Below, in pieces: positions 25,626 through 34,684 of a stretch of DNA of 44,179 nucleotides. The notes beneath the pieces are model-generated. The model searched no databases. It had not been told where the DNA came from and saw only the letters and a program-made list of their open reading frames with translations. Source of the stretch: Kiritimatiellia bacterium (GTDB taxonomy: Bacteria > Verrucomicrobiota > Kiritimatiellia > RFP12 > UBA1067). The translations under genes were made by a program, and so were the position numbers. The stretch spans positions 1-44,179 of the forward strand of contig JAFWBO010000063.1 of assembly GCA_017507065.1 (NCBI GenBank), in the 5' to 3' direction. Each line of letters starts with the position of its first letter. The first letter of the stretch is position 1.

Positions 25626-26392
25626 ACAGACAAACAGTGTTCGCTCTCGCGGCCTCATTGGCCGTCTCATGCGTTTCGGCGGCGGTGCCTAAAGGTTTCA
25701 CCGTCGATTTCGAGGAGGCGAAGAAAGCCTCTGCCCAGTCGGGGCGTAAGATATTCGCCGTGTTCACCGGCAGCGACTGGTGCCCGTGGTGCGTCAAGCT
25801 CGACAAGGAGATTCTTTCCAAAAGCGAGTTCACCGCGGAGGCGTCGAAATATTTCGAGCTTCTTTATCTCGACTACCCCCGGAACAAAGGGGAGATGTCC
25901 AAGAAGACGATTTCTCAGAATGCCGCGCTTGCGAAAAAATACAGAATCGGAGGCTTCCCGACAGTCCTCATTCTCGATGCGTCAGGCGCGGTCGTCGCCA
26001 AATCGGGATATATGAAGCTCACGCCGAAGGAATATGTAGACGCCACGCGCGAGCGTGCCGGAATCGGCGAAAGGGCGGCAGCCGCGCCCGCGGCGGCGGC
26101 GCAGGACAAGGCGGTTCCTCTCGATGCGATCGCATTCACGCGTTTTGCCCGTTACAAAACGAAGTACGACCAGATCGTGAAGTCGCACACGCGTGAAATC
26201 GAGCGTACGCGCGATCCTGCGCTCAGGACGTCCGATCCGGAGAAGAAGGACGCTGCCGCCAACAAACGCGCGGCGAAGAAGCTTGACGATCTGATCCGCG
26301 ACGTGAAAGCGCTTTCAGCCCGCGACGACAAGGCCAAGAAAGAGCAGAAGGCGCTGATCGCCGCTGCCGAGGCGTTCAAAGCGAGCCTTTGA
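25622..26392 (+). CDS. secreted thioredoxin-fold protein (CPWC) with Lys/Ala-rich helical tail
   Basis: Start at MNRQTVFALAASLAVSCVSAA (signal peptide), with ATGA overlap onto the upstream gene. The redox motif is FTGSDWCPWCVKLDKE, and ...GGFPTVLILD (cis-Pro region) is present. The C-terminal ~90 aa are K/A/D-rich. Confidence 0.75.
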   Translation: MNRQTVFALAASLAVSCVSAAVPKGFTVDFEEAKKASAQSGRKIFAVFTGSDWCPWCVKLDKEILSKSEFTAEASKYFELLYLDYPRNKGEMSKKTISQNAALAKKYRIGGFPTVLILDASGAVVAKSGYMKLTPKEYVDATRERAGIGERAAAAPAAAAQDKAVPLDAIAFTRFARYKTKYDQIVKSHTREIERTRDPALRTSDPEKKDAAANKRAAKKLDDLIRDVKALSARDDKAKKEQKALIAAAEAFKASL

Positions 26393-26483
26393 ACGCATTG
26401 CAGTTGCCATAGAAGGCGTGACGGCAGCTCTGCTTTGTCGAACATGTTTAACACGATCTTAACCCGAATAAGTTCGCGTTATT

Positions 26484-27524
26484 ATGAAAGCAATCAAGAC
26501 GGCTGTTTTCGCGGCTTTGGCTTTTGCCTTCTCCGTTGAGACGTTCGCCCTCGGAACGGCTATCCCGCCCAAAGTCGCCGCACAACTGAGGAAATACACT
26601 CCGGCGGCGCTCTCTCCGGTGCCTAAATCGGTTTACGGCAAAATCACGCCGTTCAAATCTCAGACGCGGCGCTACCCGGAAAACAAATATTCGGTCGAGA
26701 CCGGTTCGGAGCCATTCGTGCTCGTCTCTCTGAGCGACGATGCAAAAGCGGTGGAGCTGCGCGTCGCCGACGGTTTCGGCGGATACACAAACCGCTGGTT
26801 CGGGAGCGAAGACGCTTTCGGGCCGGTGAAGTGGAATCTGGAAAAGTTCGTTTTGCCGTGCCGCCATCTGGCTTACCATATGTTCAAGAAAAACACGCTC
26901 GAGCTTTTCGCGTCGATCCCGGAAGGAACGGTGTGCGCTTCGCTCGGGACCGTCCATGCCGGAATACGCAAAATTCCGCACAGGCTCGTTCTCCTGCGGC
27001 GCTCGTCGCGCGCGGCCGGCATGAGTTGCGAGTTCACCATCGCGATATTGCGCAGCGCGCCTCCCGTCAAGACGAAGGCCGAATACGACAGGCGGGCCGA
27101 AGAGCTGATGGCCGAGCATGCATACCGCAACGGCAGGGAATGGGGAAAGATGCATCCCGCGATTCTGACGAACGAAGGGTGTTTCGAATGCGCCGGCATG
27201 GCGTCGGATTTCAAGTGTTACATGTTCGACGGCGGGTTGAAAACCGGCGAAATGTTCACCGACCCGTCCGAGATACGCGCGGGCGACACGGTGTACATGA
27301 AGTCGCATTATTTCGCCGTCGTCCAGAGACATGGCGAAAAACTCGTGACTATAGAAGGCAACATGAACAAGAAGGTATGCCAGTCGTCAAAGCGCTATTC
27401 CGTCCGCGGAGGAGAGCTTTACTGCGGCAAGGAAAAACGCGAGTTCGTGCGCGGATGGCACGGATTCATGCCGGGCGGCGGCGCGTCTTCCGCCGGCAAG
27501 AGCAAAGGCGTGGGGAAAAAATGA
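26484..27524 (+). CDS. secreted protein with C-terminal CHAP/NlpC-P60-like (papain-fold) domain
   Basis: 346 aa with signal peptide MKAIKTAVFAALAFAFSVETFA. The C-terminal region has a candidate nucleophile (EGCFECAGM) and GDTVYMKSHYFAVVQRHGEKLVTIEGN, a typical His...EGN signature. The N-terminal ~220 aa is unassigned. Confidence 0.5.
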   Translation: MKAIKTAVFAALAFAFSVETFALGTAIPPKVAAQLRKYTPAALSPVPKSVYGKITPFKSQTRRYPENKYSVETGSEPFVLVSLSDDAKAVELRVADGFGGYTNRWFGSEDAFGPVKWNLEKFVLPCRHLAYHMFKKNTLELFASIPEGTVCASLGTVHAGIRKIPHRLVLLRRSSRAAGMSCEFTIAILRSAPPVKTKAEYDRRAEELMAEHAYRNGREWGKMHPAILTNEGCFECAGMASDFKCYMFDGGLKTGEMFTDPSEIRAGDTVYMKSHYFAVVQRHGEKLVTIEGNMNKKVCQSSKRYSVRGGELYCGKEKREFVRGWHGFMPGGGASSAGKSKGVGKK

Positions 27525-27538
27525 CAGCGGGGTGAAGC

Positions 27539-28681
27539 ATGTTCAGGATTTTTTTCAATATCGCTCCTTTCGGGTTCGCGCTTGCGGCGATGCTTTTTTT
27601 CGTGAAAACAGCCGAGAAGAAGCCGCGGCGGCAGGCGGTGTGGGCGGCGGTGCTTCTGCTGTGCGCCGCCAAATTCGTGTGTTTCCAGGCGCTCGGCGGA
27701 GATTCTTTCGCCCCGGAGCTTCCTGAAAAACTTATATGGGCATGGAACTGGGCGTATTCCGGAATGTGCATTTTGTGCGGAATGTCCGTCGTCATGCTGC
27801 CGCTGCGGCCTCTCGCGCGAAAGCTGTGCGCGTCGCCAAAGGGCAGGGCTGTGTACCTCGTCGCGATCCCGCTTGCCGCCTGGGGAGCCGCGGCCGCTGG
27901 CGTGTGGAACGGCATAAAGGTGCCGGAAGTCGTGGAGATGGAGCTCGAGTTCGAGAATCTACCGCCTTCGCTCGACGGCTACCGCATCGTCCACATCGCC
28001 GACATCCATGCGAGCGCCGCCGCCCGCATGTGGCGGACCGAGGCTATCGTCGGGCGCGCTAACGCGCTCGAAGCCGATCTCGTTTGTCTTACGGGCGATT
28101 TTTCGGACGGGCTTTCGGCAGACCAGGCCGTCAATGTGCGGCCGCTCGGGGCCCTCAGAGCCAGAGACGGCGTTTTCGCCGTGACCGGAAATCATGAATA
28201 TTATTTCGATATATCCGGCTGGACCGCATTCTACCGTTCTCTGGGGATTCGTTTCCTTGAAAACTCCTGCGTTTTCCCGCGCCCCGGGCTTGCCGTGGCG
28301 GGAGTGCCGGATCCCGCGTGCATGCAGAAGATGTGGCTCGTCCCCGATCCCGACAGGGCGTTCGCCTCCGCGACAAACGGCGAGTTCAGGGTGCTTCTCC
28401 AGCACAGGCCGTTCGTCGATTACGCCCAAGCGTGCGGGATCGCGGCTTTGGAGAAGTGCGATCTTCAGCTTTCCGGCCACACGCACGGCGGGGTCGCGCC
28501 GCTGATGGCGTCGCTCGTAAAAAAGTTCAACGGCGGAATGGTGCGCGGCGTTTACAAGGGCGCGGACGGCAGGACGGTTTTCGTCTCGTCCGGCGCAGGC
28601 CAGTGGGCCGGTTTCCCGATAAGGTTTTTCGACGACCCCGAGATAGTCCTTGTGACGCTCCGTCGCGCTGCGGAGAAGTGA
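27539..28681 (+). CDS. membrane-anchored metallophosphoesterase
   Basis: 380 aa with about 4 N-terminal TM helices. Calcineurin-like motifs appear in order: IVHIADIH, LTGDFSDG, GNHEYY, LQHRP, SGHTHGG. Confidence 0.85.
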   Translation: MFRIFFNIAPFGFALAAMLFFVKTAEKKPRRQAVWAAVLLLCAAKFVCFQALGGDSFAPELPEKLIWAWNWAYSGMCILCGMSVVMLPLRPLARKLCASPKGRAVYLVAIPLAAWGAAAAGVWNGIKVPEVVEMELEFENLPPSLDGYRIVHIADIHASAAARMWRTEAIVGRANALEADLVCLTGDFSDGLSADQAVNVRPLGALRARDGVFAVTGNHEYYFDISGWTAFYRSLGIRFLENSCVFPRPGLAVAGVPDPACMQKMWLVPDPDRAFASATNGEFRVLLQHRPFVDYAQACGIAALEKCDLQLSGHTHGGVAPLMASLVKKFNGGMVRGVYKGADGRTVFVSSGAGQWAGFPIRFFDDPEIVLVTLRRAAEK

Positions 28682-28690
28682 GTCTGCCGC

Positions 28691-28719
28691 ATTGACTTTT
28701 TGGCGCGTTTTAGATATAA
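28691..28719 (+). promoter_or_regulatory. sigma70-type promoter for the transporter-galK unit (TTGACT-17 nt-TATAAT)
   Basis: TTGACT at 28691-28696 and TATAAT at 28714-28719, 39 nt before the ATG at 28758, which has an AAAGGAG SD. Confidence 0.65.
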
Positions 28720-28757
28720 TTCTACACATCAACTCAAACAAAGGAGATTAATCCACC

Positions 28758-30029
28758 ATGGATACGCTTGAAAAGAAGGGCGGCAACATCGCCGCGATCG
28801 CCACAATGTTTGCATTGTTCTTCATGATTGCCTTCGTGACGAACTTCGCAGGGTCGATGGGAGTGATCGTCAAAAACCAGTTCGGAGCTTCCAACACCGC
28901 TTCGCAGCTCGGTTCGGCGGCCAACTTCTTCGCCTATCTCTTCATGGGCATCCCGGGCGGCCTCATCCTCAAGCGCAAAGGCTACAAGTTCACGTCGCTT
29001 CTCGCCGTGGCGATCGGTTTCGCCGGCGTGGGCGTGCAGCTTCTTTCCGGATATGTCGAGAGCTTCAGCGTGTACGTCACCGGCGCGTTTGTCGCGGGCT
29101 TCTCGATGTGTCTGCTGAACCTCGTCGTCAATCCGCTTCTGAACACGCTCGGCGGAGAGGGCAAGAAGGGCAACCAGCTCGTCCAGATCGGCTGCTCGCT
29201 CAATTCCGTCGGCGCGACGATCGCCCCGATTCTTCTCGGCTATCTCATCGGCGGCGAAGTCGCCAACGCCAAGGTCGCCAACGCCGCGCCCGCGCTCATG
29301 ATCGCCATGGGCCTCTTTGCGCTCGCGTTCGCCATCATCGCGCTGTCCGCCATCCCCGAGCCCCACAAGGAGACCGAAGCCGAGAAGGCCGCGCGTCTCG
29401 CGGGCGGTTCGTCGGTGTTCAAAGACATCGCGGAGACGCTCAAATTCCGCCACTTCACGTTCGGCGCGCTCGGCATTTTCTTCTACATCATCATCGAATG
29501 CGGCATCCCGAACATGGCCAACCTCTATATGACGCAGGAAGGCCAGAGCTGGTATGTCGGCGCGGCCGTTGCCGGTTCCGTCGTCGGCGCCTACTGGTTC
29601 TGCATGATGATCGGCCGTCTCGTCGGCAGCGCGATCGGCGGCAAAGTTTCGTCGAAGGTCATGGTTACCTGCTGCTCGCTCGCGGGCATCGCGCTTCTCG
29701 TCGCGGCCATGTACGCGCCCGTCAGGATGATTTCCGTCTTCGGCAAGGAAATCCCGCTTTCGATGGCGCTCGTCGCGCTGTGCGGCCTTTGCACGTCGGT
29801 GATGTGGGGCTGCATCTTCAACCTCGCGGCGGAAGGCCTCGGCAAGTACGTCCCGATGGGTTCTGGCATCTTCATGGCGATGGTATGCGGAGGAATCGCG
29901 CTTCCCGTCCAGGGAATGATCGCCGACAAGATCGGCATTCTCAACAGCTACTGGCTCACGGTCGCTCTTCTCGCGTACGTGCTCGTTTACGCGCACGTCC
30001 TCTCCAGGCCGGCCAAGCGCGCCGAGTGA
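28758..30029 (+). CDS. sugar MFS transporter (FucP/GluP glucose-galactose type)
   Basis: 423 aa with 12 predicted TM segments. The N-terminal pattern (FALFFMIAFVTNFAGSMGVIVKNQF...NFFAYLFMGIPGGLILKRKGYK) is typical of the fucose/glucose-galactose permease subfamily. The gene is adjacent to galK. Confidence 0.8.
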   Translation: MDTLEKKGGNIAAIATMFALFFMIAFVTNFAGSMGVIVKNQFGASNTASQLGSAANFFAYLFMGIPGGLILKRKGYKFTSLLAVAIGFAGVGVQLLSGYVESFSVYVTGAFVAGFSMCLLNLVVNPLLNTLGGEGKKGNQLVQIGCSLNSVGATIAPILLGYLIGGEVANAKVANAAPALMIAMGLFALAFAIIALSAIPEPHKETEAEKAARLAGGSSVFKDIAETLKFRHFTFGALGIFFYIIIECGIPNMANLYMTQEGQSWYVGAAVAGSVVGAYWFCMMIGRLVGSAIGGKVSSKVMVTCCSLAGIALLVAAMYAPVRMISVFGKEIPLSMALVALCGLCTSVMWGCIFNLAAEGLGKYVPMGSGIFMAMVCGGIALPVQGMIADKIGILNSYWLTVALLAYVLVYAHVLSRPAKRAE

Positions 30030-30065
30030 AGAAAACCGGCACAACCTGAAAAAAGGACGGATACT

Positions 30066-31256
30066 ATGCTCAACCAGGAGATATACGACAAGGTAGTCGC
30101 CAGATTCGAGTCGGAATTCGGCGCAAAACCGGAAACCGTGGCTTATGCTCCGGGGCGCATCGAGGTTCTCGGCAACCACACCGACTACAACGAGGGATAT
30201 GTCTTTTCGGCGGCCATCGACAAGGGCACGTTTTTCGCAGTCTCGCCGTCGGCCGATGAGAAGGTGACGCTCGTCGCCCTCGATATCGGCGCAAGCGGCC
30301 AGAAGTTCGAGTGCGCGCTCGCCGACGTCGCTCCCGTCAAGTCTGGCGCGACGTGGGCCAACTATCCGCTCGGCACCTTCAACTGGCTCATGGGCGGCGC
30401 GCCCGCCAAGGCCGGCAAGGGCTTCAAGGCCGTCTTCGGCGGCAATATTCCGCTCGGCGCGGGGCTTTCGTCTTCCGCCGCTCTCGAGATGGCCACGGCC
30501 ATCGCGCTCCAGAAAATCTACGGCACGTCGTTCGGCAAGACGGATCTTGCCAAAATCGGACAGAAGGCGGAGCACACCTTCGCCGGCTGCCCTTGCGGGC
30601 TTCTCGACCAGGCTTCGTCCATGTACGGCAAGGCGGGTGCGCTCGTCAAGAGCGATTTCCGCTACAACACTTTCGAAACCGTTTCGATGGGCGAAGGTGC
30701 GGCGTTCATGATGGTGAAGTCCAACGCGAGGCATGCTCTCGTCGACGGTGCATATGCCACGCGCCGCCAGGCCTGCGAGGATGCGGCGAAGTATTTCGCC
30801 GGTGTCCTCAGAGGCAAAGAGGTCACACACCTCAGAGATGTCACGATGGCGGAATGGGTGCTTTACCGCGGCGGTCTCGGCGAGACGACAGCGAGAAGAG
30901 CGGTCCATCCGATCGGAGAAGACGAGCGTGTCATTCAGGGCGCGGCGCTTCTCGAGAAGGGCGATATCAAAGGCTTCGGCGCTCTCATGTACGATTCGCA
31001 CGAATCGAGCCGCAACTGGTTCGAGAACTCCTGCGAGGAGCTTGACGCGATCGTCGATGCGGCCAAGGCCATCCCCGAAGTCTACGGGGCGCGTCTTTCC
31101 GGCGGCGGATTCGGCGGCAGCTGCTGCCTTCTCGTCGATCCTGCGGCGGCCGACGGCATCGCGGCAAAGATCGTAAAAGAATACAAGGCGAGATTCGGCG
31201 ACGAGCCGGTGTGCTCGCTCATTTCACCGTCTGACGGGGCCAGCCTCGTCGGTTGA
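30066..31256 (+). CDS. galK: galactokinase
   Basis: 396 aa with the galactokinase signature APGRIEVLGNHTDYNEGYV and the GHMP motif GGNIPLGAGLSSSAALE. Confidence 0.92.
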   Translation: MLNQEIYDKVVARFESEFGAKPETVAYAPGRIEVLGNHTDYNEGYVFSAAIDKGTFFAVSPSADEKVTLVALDIGASGQKFECALADVAPVKSGATWANYPLGTFNWLMGGAPAKAGKGFKAVFGGNIPLGAGLSSSAALEMATAIALQKIYGTSFGKTDLAKIGQKAEHTFAGCPCGLLDQASSMYGKAGALVKSDFRYNTFETVSMGEGAAFMMVKSNARHALVDGAYATRRQACEDAAKYFAGVLRGKEVTHLRDVTMAEWVLYRGGLGETTARRAVHPIGEDERVIQGAALLEKGDIKGFGALMYDSHESSRNWFENSCEELDAIVDAAKAIPEVYGARLSGGGFGGSCCLLVDPAAADGIAAKIVKEYKARFGDEPVCSLISPSDGASLVG

Positions 31257-31283
31257 AGAACATTGGAAGCGGAGAAGAAAAAA

Positions 31284-32561
31284 ATGAAAGTCGTGACGTT
31301 GGCGGCGTTTGCCGCCGTTGCAGCTTTGTCGATCGCCGCAAAGGCTGACGGCGACGATGATTTTTTCGCGCAGCTCGTCGGTGAAAACGATGCTGCCTCC
31401 GCTCCCGCGGCAGAGACGCCGGCCGCTGGATCCGAGGCTCCGGCCGATGCCGCGGCCGCCGGCGCAGACGCGGCATCTTCGCCCGCGCCGGAAAACAGCC
31501 CCTTCGGCGAGGAAATGCGCAACGATCTCAAGGAAGTTCTCGGCGAAAAATTCGAAGAGGCCGCAGTTGCCGCGGGCGAGGAAAACAAGCGCCTTTATTT
31601 TGTCATTCCCGAATGCTCGCTGATCGAAAACGGCAAGGCTGAGGTTCTTCTGCCGGGCGCGAAGGAATGGCAGGAGATGAAGGAGCTCTCCCATTATCCC
31701 CTCGGTTCTTTCTTCAGGACCGTGGGCCGCAACACGAAGCTCACGATGACTTTCGGCCTTGGCGTGACCGTGAAGATAATCGGCGAAGCTTCGTTCGGCA
31801 CTCTGGCGCAGCCGCTCGGCGTGAAGTCGAGGACTGTGGTGCTCTCTTCCGGCGTTATCACTGTTTCCGTGCCGAGCACCATGCCGCGCGGTCTTTTCGT
31901 CGTCTCCGCTCCTGGCTTCAAGGCCGTGAATCTCACCGGCGTGTCGCGTTATTCGTACAAGATGCTCGGCGACGGCGACGAAGCCACGATCCGCTGCGTG
32001 ACGGGATTTATGGATATCGAAGGGCGCCATTTCCGCGCGGAGAAAGTGAAGACCGCCAGCGTCGTCAGGATACGCACGTCGCTCGACTGTCTGCTCACTT
32101 CGATTTTCGGCATCCGCGGCGATGTGGATGTCAGGCTCGATCAGGGCAGATTCGTAGTGAAAGATCTTGAATCCGGCGAAGACAAAGTGGAGGACCGATA
32201 TCTCGACTGGAAGCTTTCTCCCGAGACAGCCGTGAGAATCTACAGAGCGGTGCCGTCGATAGGCGCGAACATGTCCGTATCGATTCTCACTTTCAACGAG
32301 TCCGGGCATATGAAAAACCGCTGTGCTTTCACCGAGGGGAGGTTCGAGATCAACACGGGAGAGCTTGGCCCGACATCGAAGAAAGACCGCGAAGAGCTCG
32401 CGCGCAAGGCGGCGCAGGCAACCGAGACTGTTACAGTGGAGATGGCCGCTCCGGCAGCCGCTCCGGCCGCGCAGCCAGCCGAGGCCGCTCCGGCAGCGGA
32501 GAGTGCGCCGGCCGTGGCGCCCGATGCCGGCAATGCAGATATTGACGATCTGGGCCTGTGA
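31284..32561 (+). CDS. secreted protein with Ala/Pro/acidic low-complexity termini, function unknown
   Basis: Start at MKVVTLAAFAAVAALSIAAKA (signal peptide; GGAG upstream). The track's TTG at 31263 is probably too long. There is a ~60-aa acidic A/P/E linker, a ~300-aa beta-rich core, and a C-terminal AP-rich tail ending in DIDDLGL. Confidence 0.6.
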   Translation: MKVVTLAAFAAVAALSIAAKADGDDDFFAQLVGENDAASAPAAETPAAGSEAPADAAAAGADAASSPAPENSPFGEEMRNDLKEVLGEKFEEAAVAAGEENKRLYFVIPECSLIENGKAEVLLPGAKEWQEMKELSHYPLGSFFRTVGRNTKLTMTFGLGVTVKIIGEASFGTLAQPLGVKSRTVVLSSGVITVSVPSTMPRGLFVVSAPGFKAVNLTGVSRYSYKMLGDGDEATIRCVTGFMDIEGRHFRAEKVKTASVVRIRTSLDCLLTSIFGIRGDVDVRLDQGRFVVKDLESGEDKVEDRYLDWKLSPETAVRIYRAVPSIGANMSVSILTFNESGHMKNRCAFTEGRFEINTGELGPTSKKDREELARKAAQATETVTVEMAAPAAAPAAQPAEAAPAAESAPAVAPDAGNADIDDLGL

Positions 32562-32608
32562 ACGATTTTTGAAAAAAAAAACAACAAGAAGAGAAAGAAT
32601 ACGGAAAA

Positions 32609-34258
32609 ATGGTTATCCAGAAATTCAACAAATTGATCCGCAACAAGTGGCTGTGGGGTGCATTCGCGATATTGGTGTCTGCGGCATTCTGTTTTGAAGG
32701 GCTTTTCGACACGCGCCGTCCCGATGAAAGACGCGAGATCGACGCCGGTTCGTTCGCGGGCGAGCCGATCGCTGTAGAGCGCCTTGAGGAGTGTGTGAAG
32801 GACGAACAGCGCGACTCTGGGACGTCGCGCACATCCGAGGAGATCAATCTCGCGGCGGTCAAGAAGCTCGCCGCCCTCGAGACGGCCGAAAAGGCAGGCA
32901 TTGCCGTTTCCGACGAGATGCTCGCCGAAAGGATATTCGCGATGTTCGGCGGGCGCGAGGGTTTTTCTTCATCGCGTTATCGCGCTATGACGGCGCAGTT
33001 CGGCTGGACCGTCGAGGATTTCGAAGCGCGACTGCGCCGTTCGATCGCCGTAGACGACGGCCTCAAGCGTTCGCTTCTCTTCTCGTCCGTCTGGACCTCG
33101 CCCATGGAACTTGAGCGCGATGTGGAAGACGCCAACGACGAGATAACCGTCAGGATAGTGCCTTTCCGCCAGACGAAAGCCGAGGCCGACGCCGTCAAAC
33201 TCGACGATGCCGGACTCAAGAAATGGTACGATGCCAATGTCAAGAAACTCGAACTTCCAGATCTCGTCCGCATCCGTTTCGTGAAATATTCGTCGTCCGA
33301 CACGAACGTTCTCGCCAGAATGGTCGTGTCCGAGGACGATATGCGCGACCGCTATGATGCCGATATCGCCTCGTATACGTCTACCGACACGAACGGCGTC
33401 GAGACGGTGAAGAAGTTCGAAGAAGTGAAGCCTGCCATCGAAAAGCAGCTCCGCAAAACGGAAGCGATCTACTACTACGAGACGAACCTCACGAGAAGGG
33501 CGTATGCCGACAGGAAGGCCGGCGAGGGGGCTGCCTCCCGTCTTGACGAGATAGCGGCCGCCGACGGCAAGAAGGTCGAGACGAGCGGCTGGTTCGCGCT
33601 CGGCGGCGAATATGTCGAGGGCTTCACCGTCCGTCGCGAGAGCGTGCTCCCCGGTGCTTCCAATTTCGCTGCGGCTCTCTCGGAGGTGGATCCCGATTCC
33701 GAAGATCTCCGCTACGGTGTCGTTTCGTCCGACTCGTCCACATGGCTTTTCGAGCGTTGCGATTTTGCAAAGGCCCACACGCCTTCGTTCGAGGAGGCAA
33801 AGGACAAAATCAAGTCTGCCGCTCTCAGAGACGCCAAGTCCGATGCGTTCAAGGCGGCGGTGGAGAAAATAGTCGCGCAGGGTGTAGACGCGCTTCTGAA
33901 GCGCGACGGAGTTTCGACCAATATCGTCTTCACGGCGGCCGAGACGATGCGCGGCGCGTTTCCCGATTCGGCGGCGGTAGTCCCCGAGGCCGTGAAACTC
34001 GCCAAAGGCGAAGTTTCGTCGTTCATCAAGACGGGCCCCGGCCGCGCCGTCGTGGTATACGTTGCAGACCGCAAGCAGGGCGATGCCGTCAAAGCCATCC
34101 AGCTCAGGCGGCAGCTGCGCGCTTCGGCCGATATGGCCGAAGCAGCTGTTGTGGCTGAAACGTGGGATGAGCGCAACCTCGAGCGTCTCGGATTTGTTCC
34201 GGGTGCGGACTATCCCGTGAAGGCCGTTTCGGAAGCCGATGCCGAGAGTGTGCCATGA
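32609..34258 (+). CDS. PpiD-like periplasmic chaperone (N-terminal anchor plus SurA-N-like domain)
   Basis: 549 aa. The N-terminus (MVIQKFNKLIRNKWLWGAFAILVSAAFCF) matches the PpiD-type anchor pattern. The rest is an elongated soluble domain in which I could not see a clear parvulin core. Confidence 0.5.
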   Translation: MVIQKFNKLIRNKWLWGAFAILVSAAFCFEGLFDTRRPDERREIDAGSFAGEPIAVERLEECVKDEQRDSGTSRTSEEINLAAVKKLAALETAEKAGIAVSDEMLAERIFAMFGGREGFSSSRYRAMTAQFGWTVEDFEARLRRSIAVDDGLKRSLLFSSVWTSPMELERDVEDANDEITVRIVPFRQTKAEADAVKLDDAGLKKWYDANVKKLELPDLVRIRFVKYSSSDTNVLARMVVSEDDMRDRYDADIASYTSTDTNGVETVKKFEEVKPAIEKQLRKTEAIYYYETNLTRRAYADRKAGEGAASRLDEIAAADGKKVETSGWFALGGEYVEGFTVRRESVLPGASNFAAALSEVDPDSEDLRYGVVSSDSSTWLFERCDFAKAHTPSFEEAKDKIKSAALRDAKSDAFKAAVEKIVAQGVDALLKRDGVSTNIVFTAAETMRGAFPDSAAVVPEAVKLAKGEVSSFIKTGPGRAVVVYVADRKQGDAVKAIQLRRQLRASADMAEAAVVAETWDERNLERLGFVPGADYPVKAVSEADAESVP

Positions 34259-34683
34259 AGGTTCTTTTCAAGAAGATTTCTCCTCTCGCCCAGCTTCCGT
34301 CGTACGCCCACGAGGACGATGCCGGGATGGATATCAAGAGCGCCGAGGCGCTCAGCGTGCCGCCCGGCGGGAGGGCGCTCGTCCATACCGGGCTTGTGAT
34401 GGAGCTGCCGTCAGGTTACGAAGCGCAGGTGCGTCCGCGTTCGGGGCTTGCGCTCAAACGGGGAATCACCGTTCTCAACACGCCCGGAACGATCGATGCC
34501 GGGTATCGCGGCGAAGTTGGCGTGATACTTTTCAACTCTTCGCCCGAGCCTTTCGCGGTGGAGATCGGCGATAAAATCGCGCAAATCGTCGTATCTCCGG
34601 TCACGCATGCCGAAATCGCTTTGACGGACGATGTCGGCTCGACCGACCGCGGCGAGGGCGGCTTCGGATCCACGGGGGTTTGA
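34255..34683 (+). CDS. dut: dUTP diphosphatase
   Basis: 142 aa with ATGA overlap onto the upstream gene. Motifs DAGMDI, RSGLALK, GTIDAGYRGE and RGEGGFGSTG are present. Confidence 0.93.
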   Translation: MKVLFKKISPLAQLPSYAHEDDAGMDIKSAEALSVPPGGRALVHTGLVMELPSGYEAQVRPRSGLALKRGITVLNTPGTIDAGYRGEVGVILFNSSPEPFAVEIGDKIAQIVVSPVTHAEIALTDDVGSTDRGEGGFGSTGV

Positions 34684-34684
34684 C

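Noticed and set aside
26393-26483. Possible terminator hairpin (AGTTGCC...GGCAGCT) after the thioredoxin-like gene.
   Set aside because: The stem is only 7 bp with a G-U pair and a 14-nt loop, and there is no clear U-tract. That is too weak to call.
27456-27471. sigma-54-like -24 element (TGGCACG) about 80 nt upstream of the metallophosphoesterase gene.
   Set aside because: The -12 GC is one nucleotide out of register (TGGCACGGATTCATGC versus TGGCAC-N5-TTGC). The site also lies inside a coding region.
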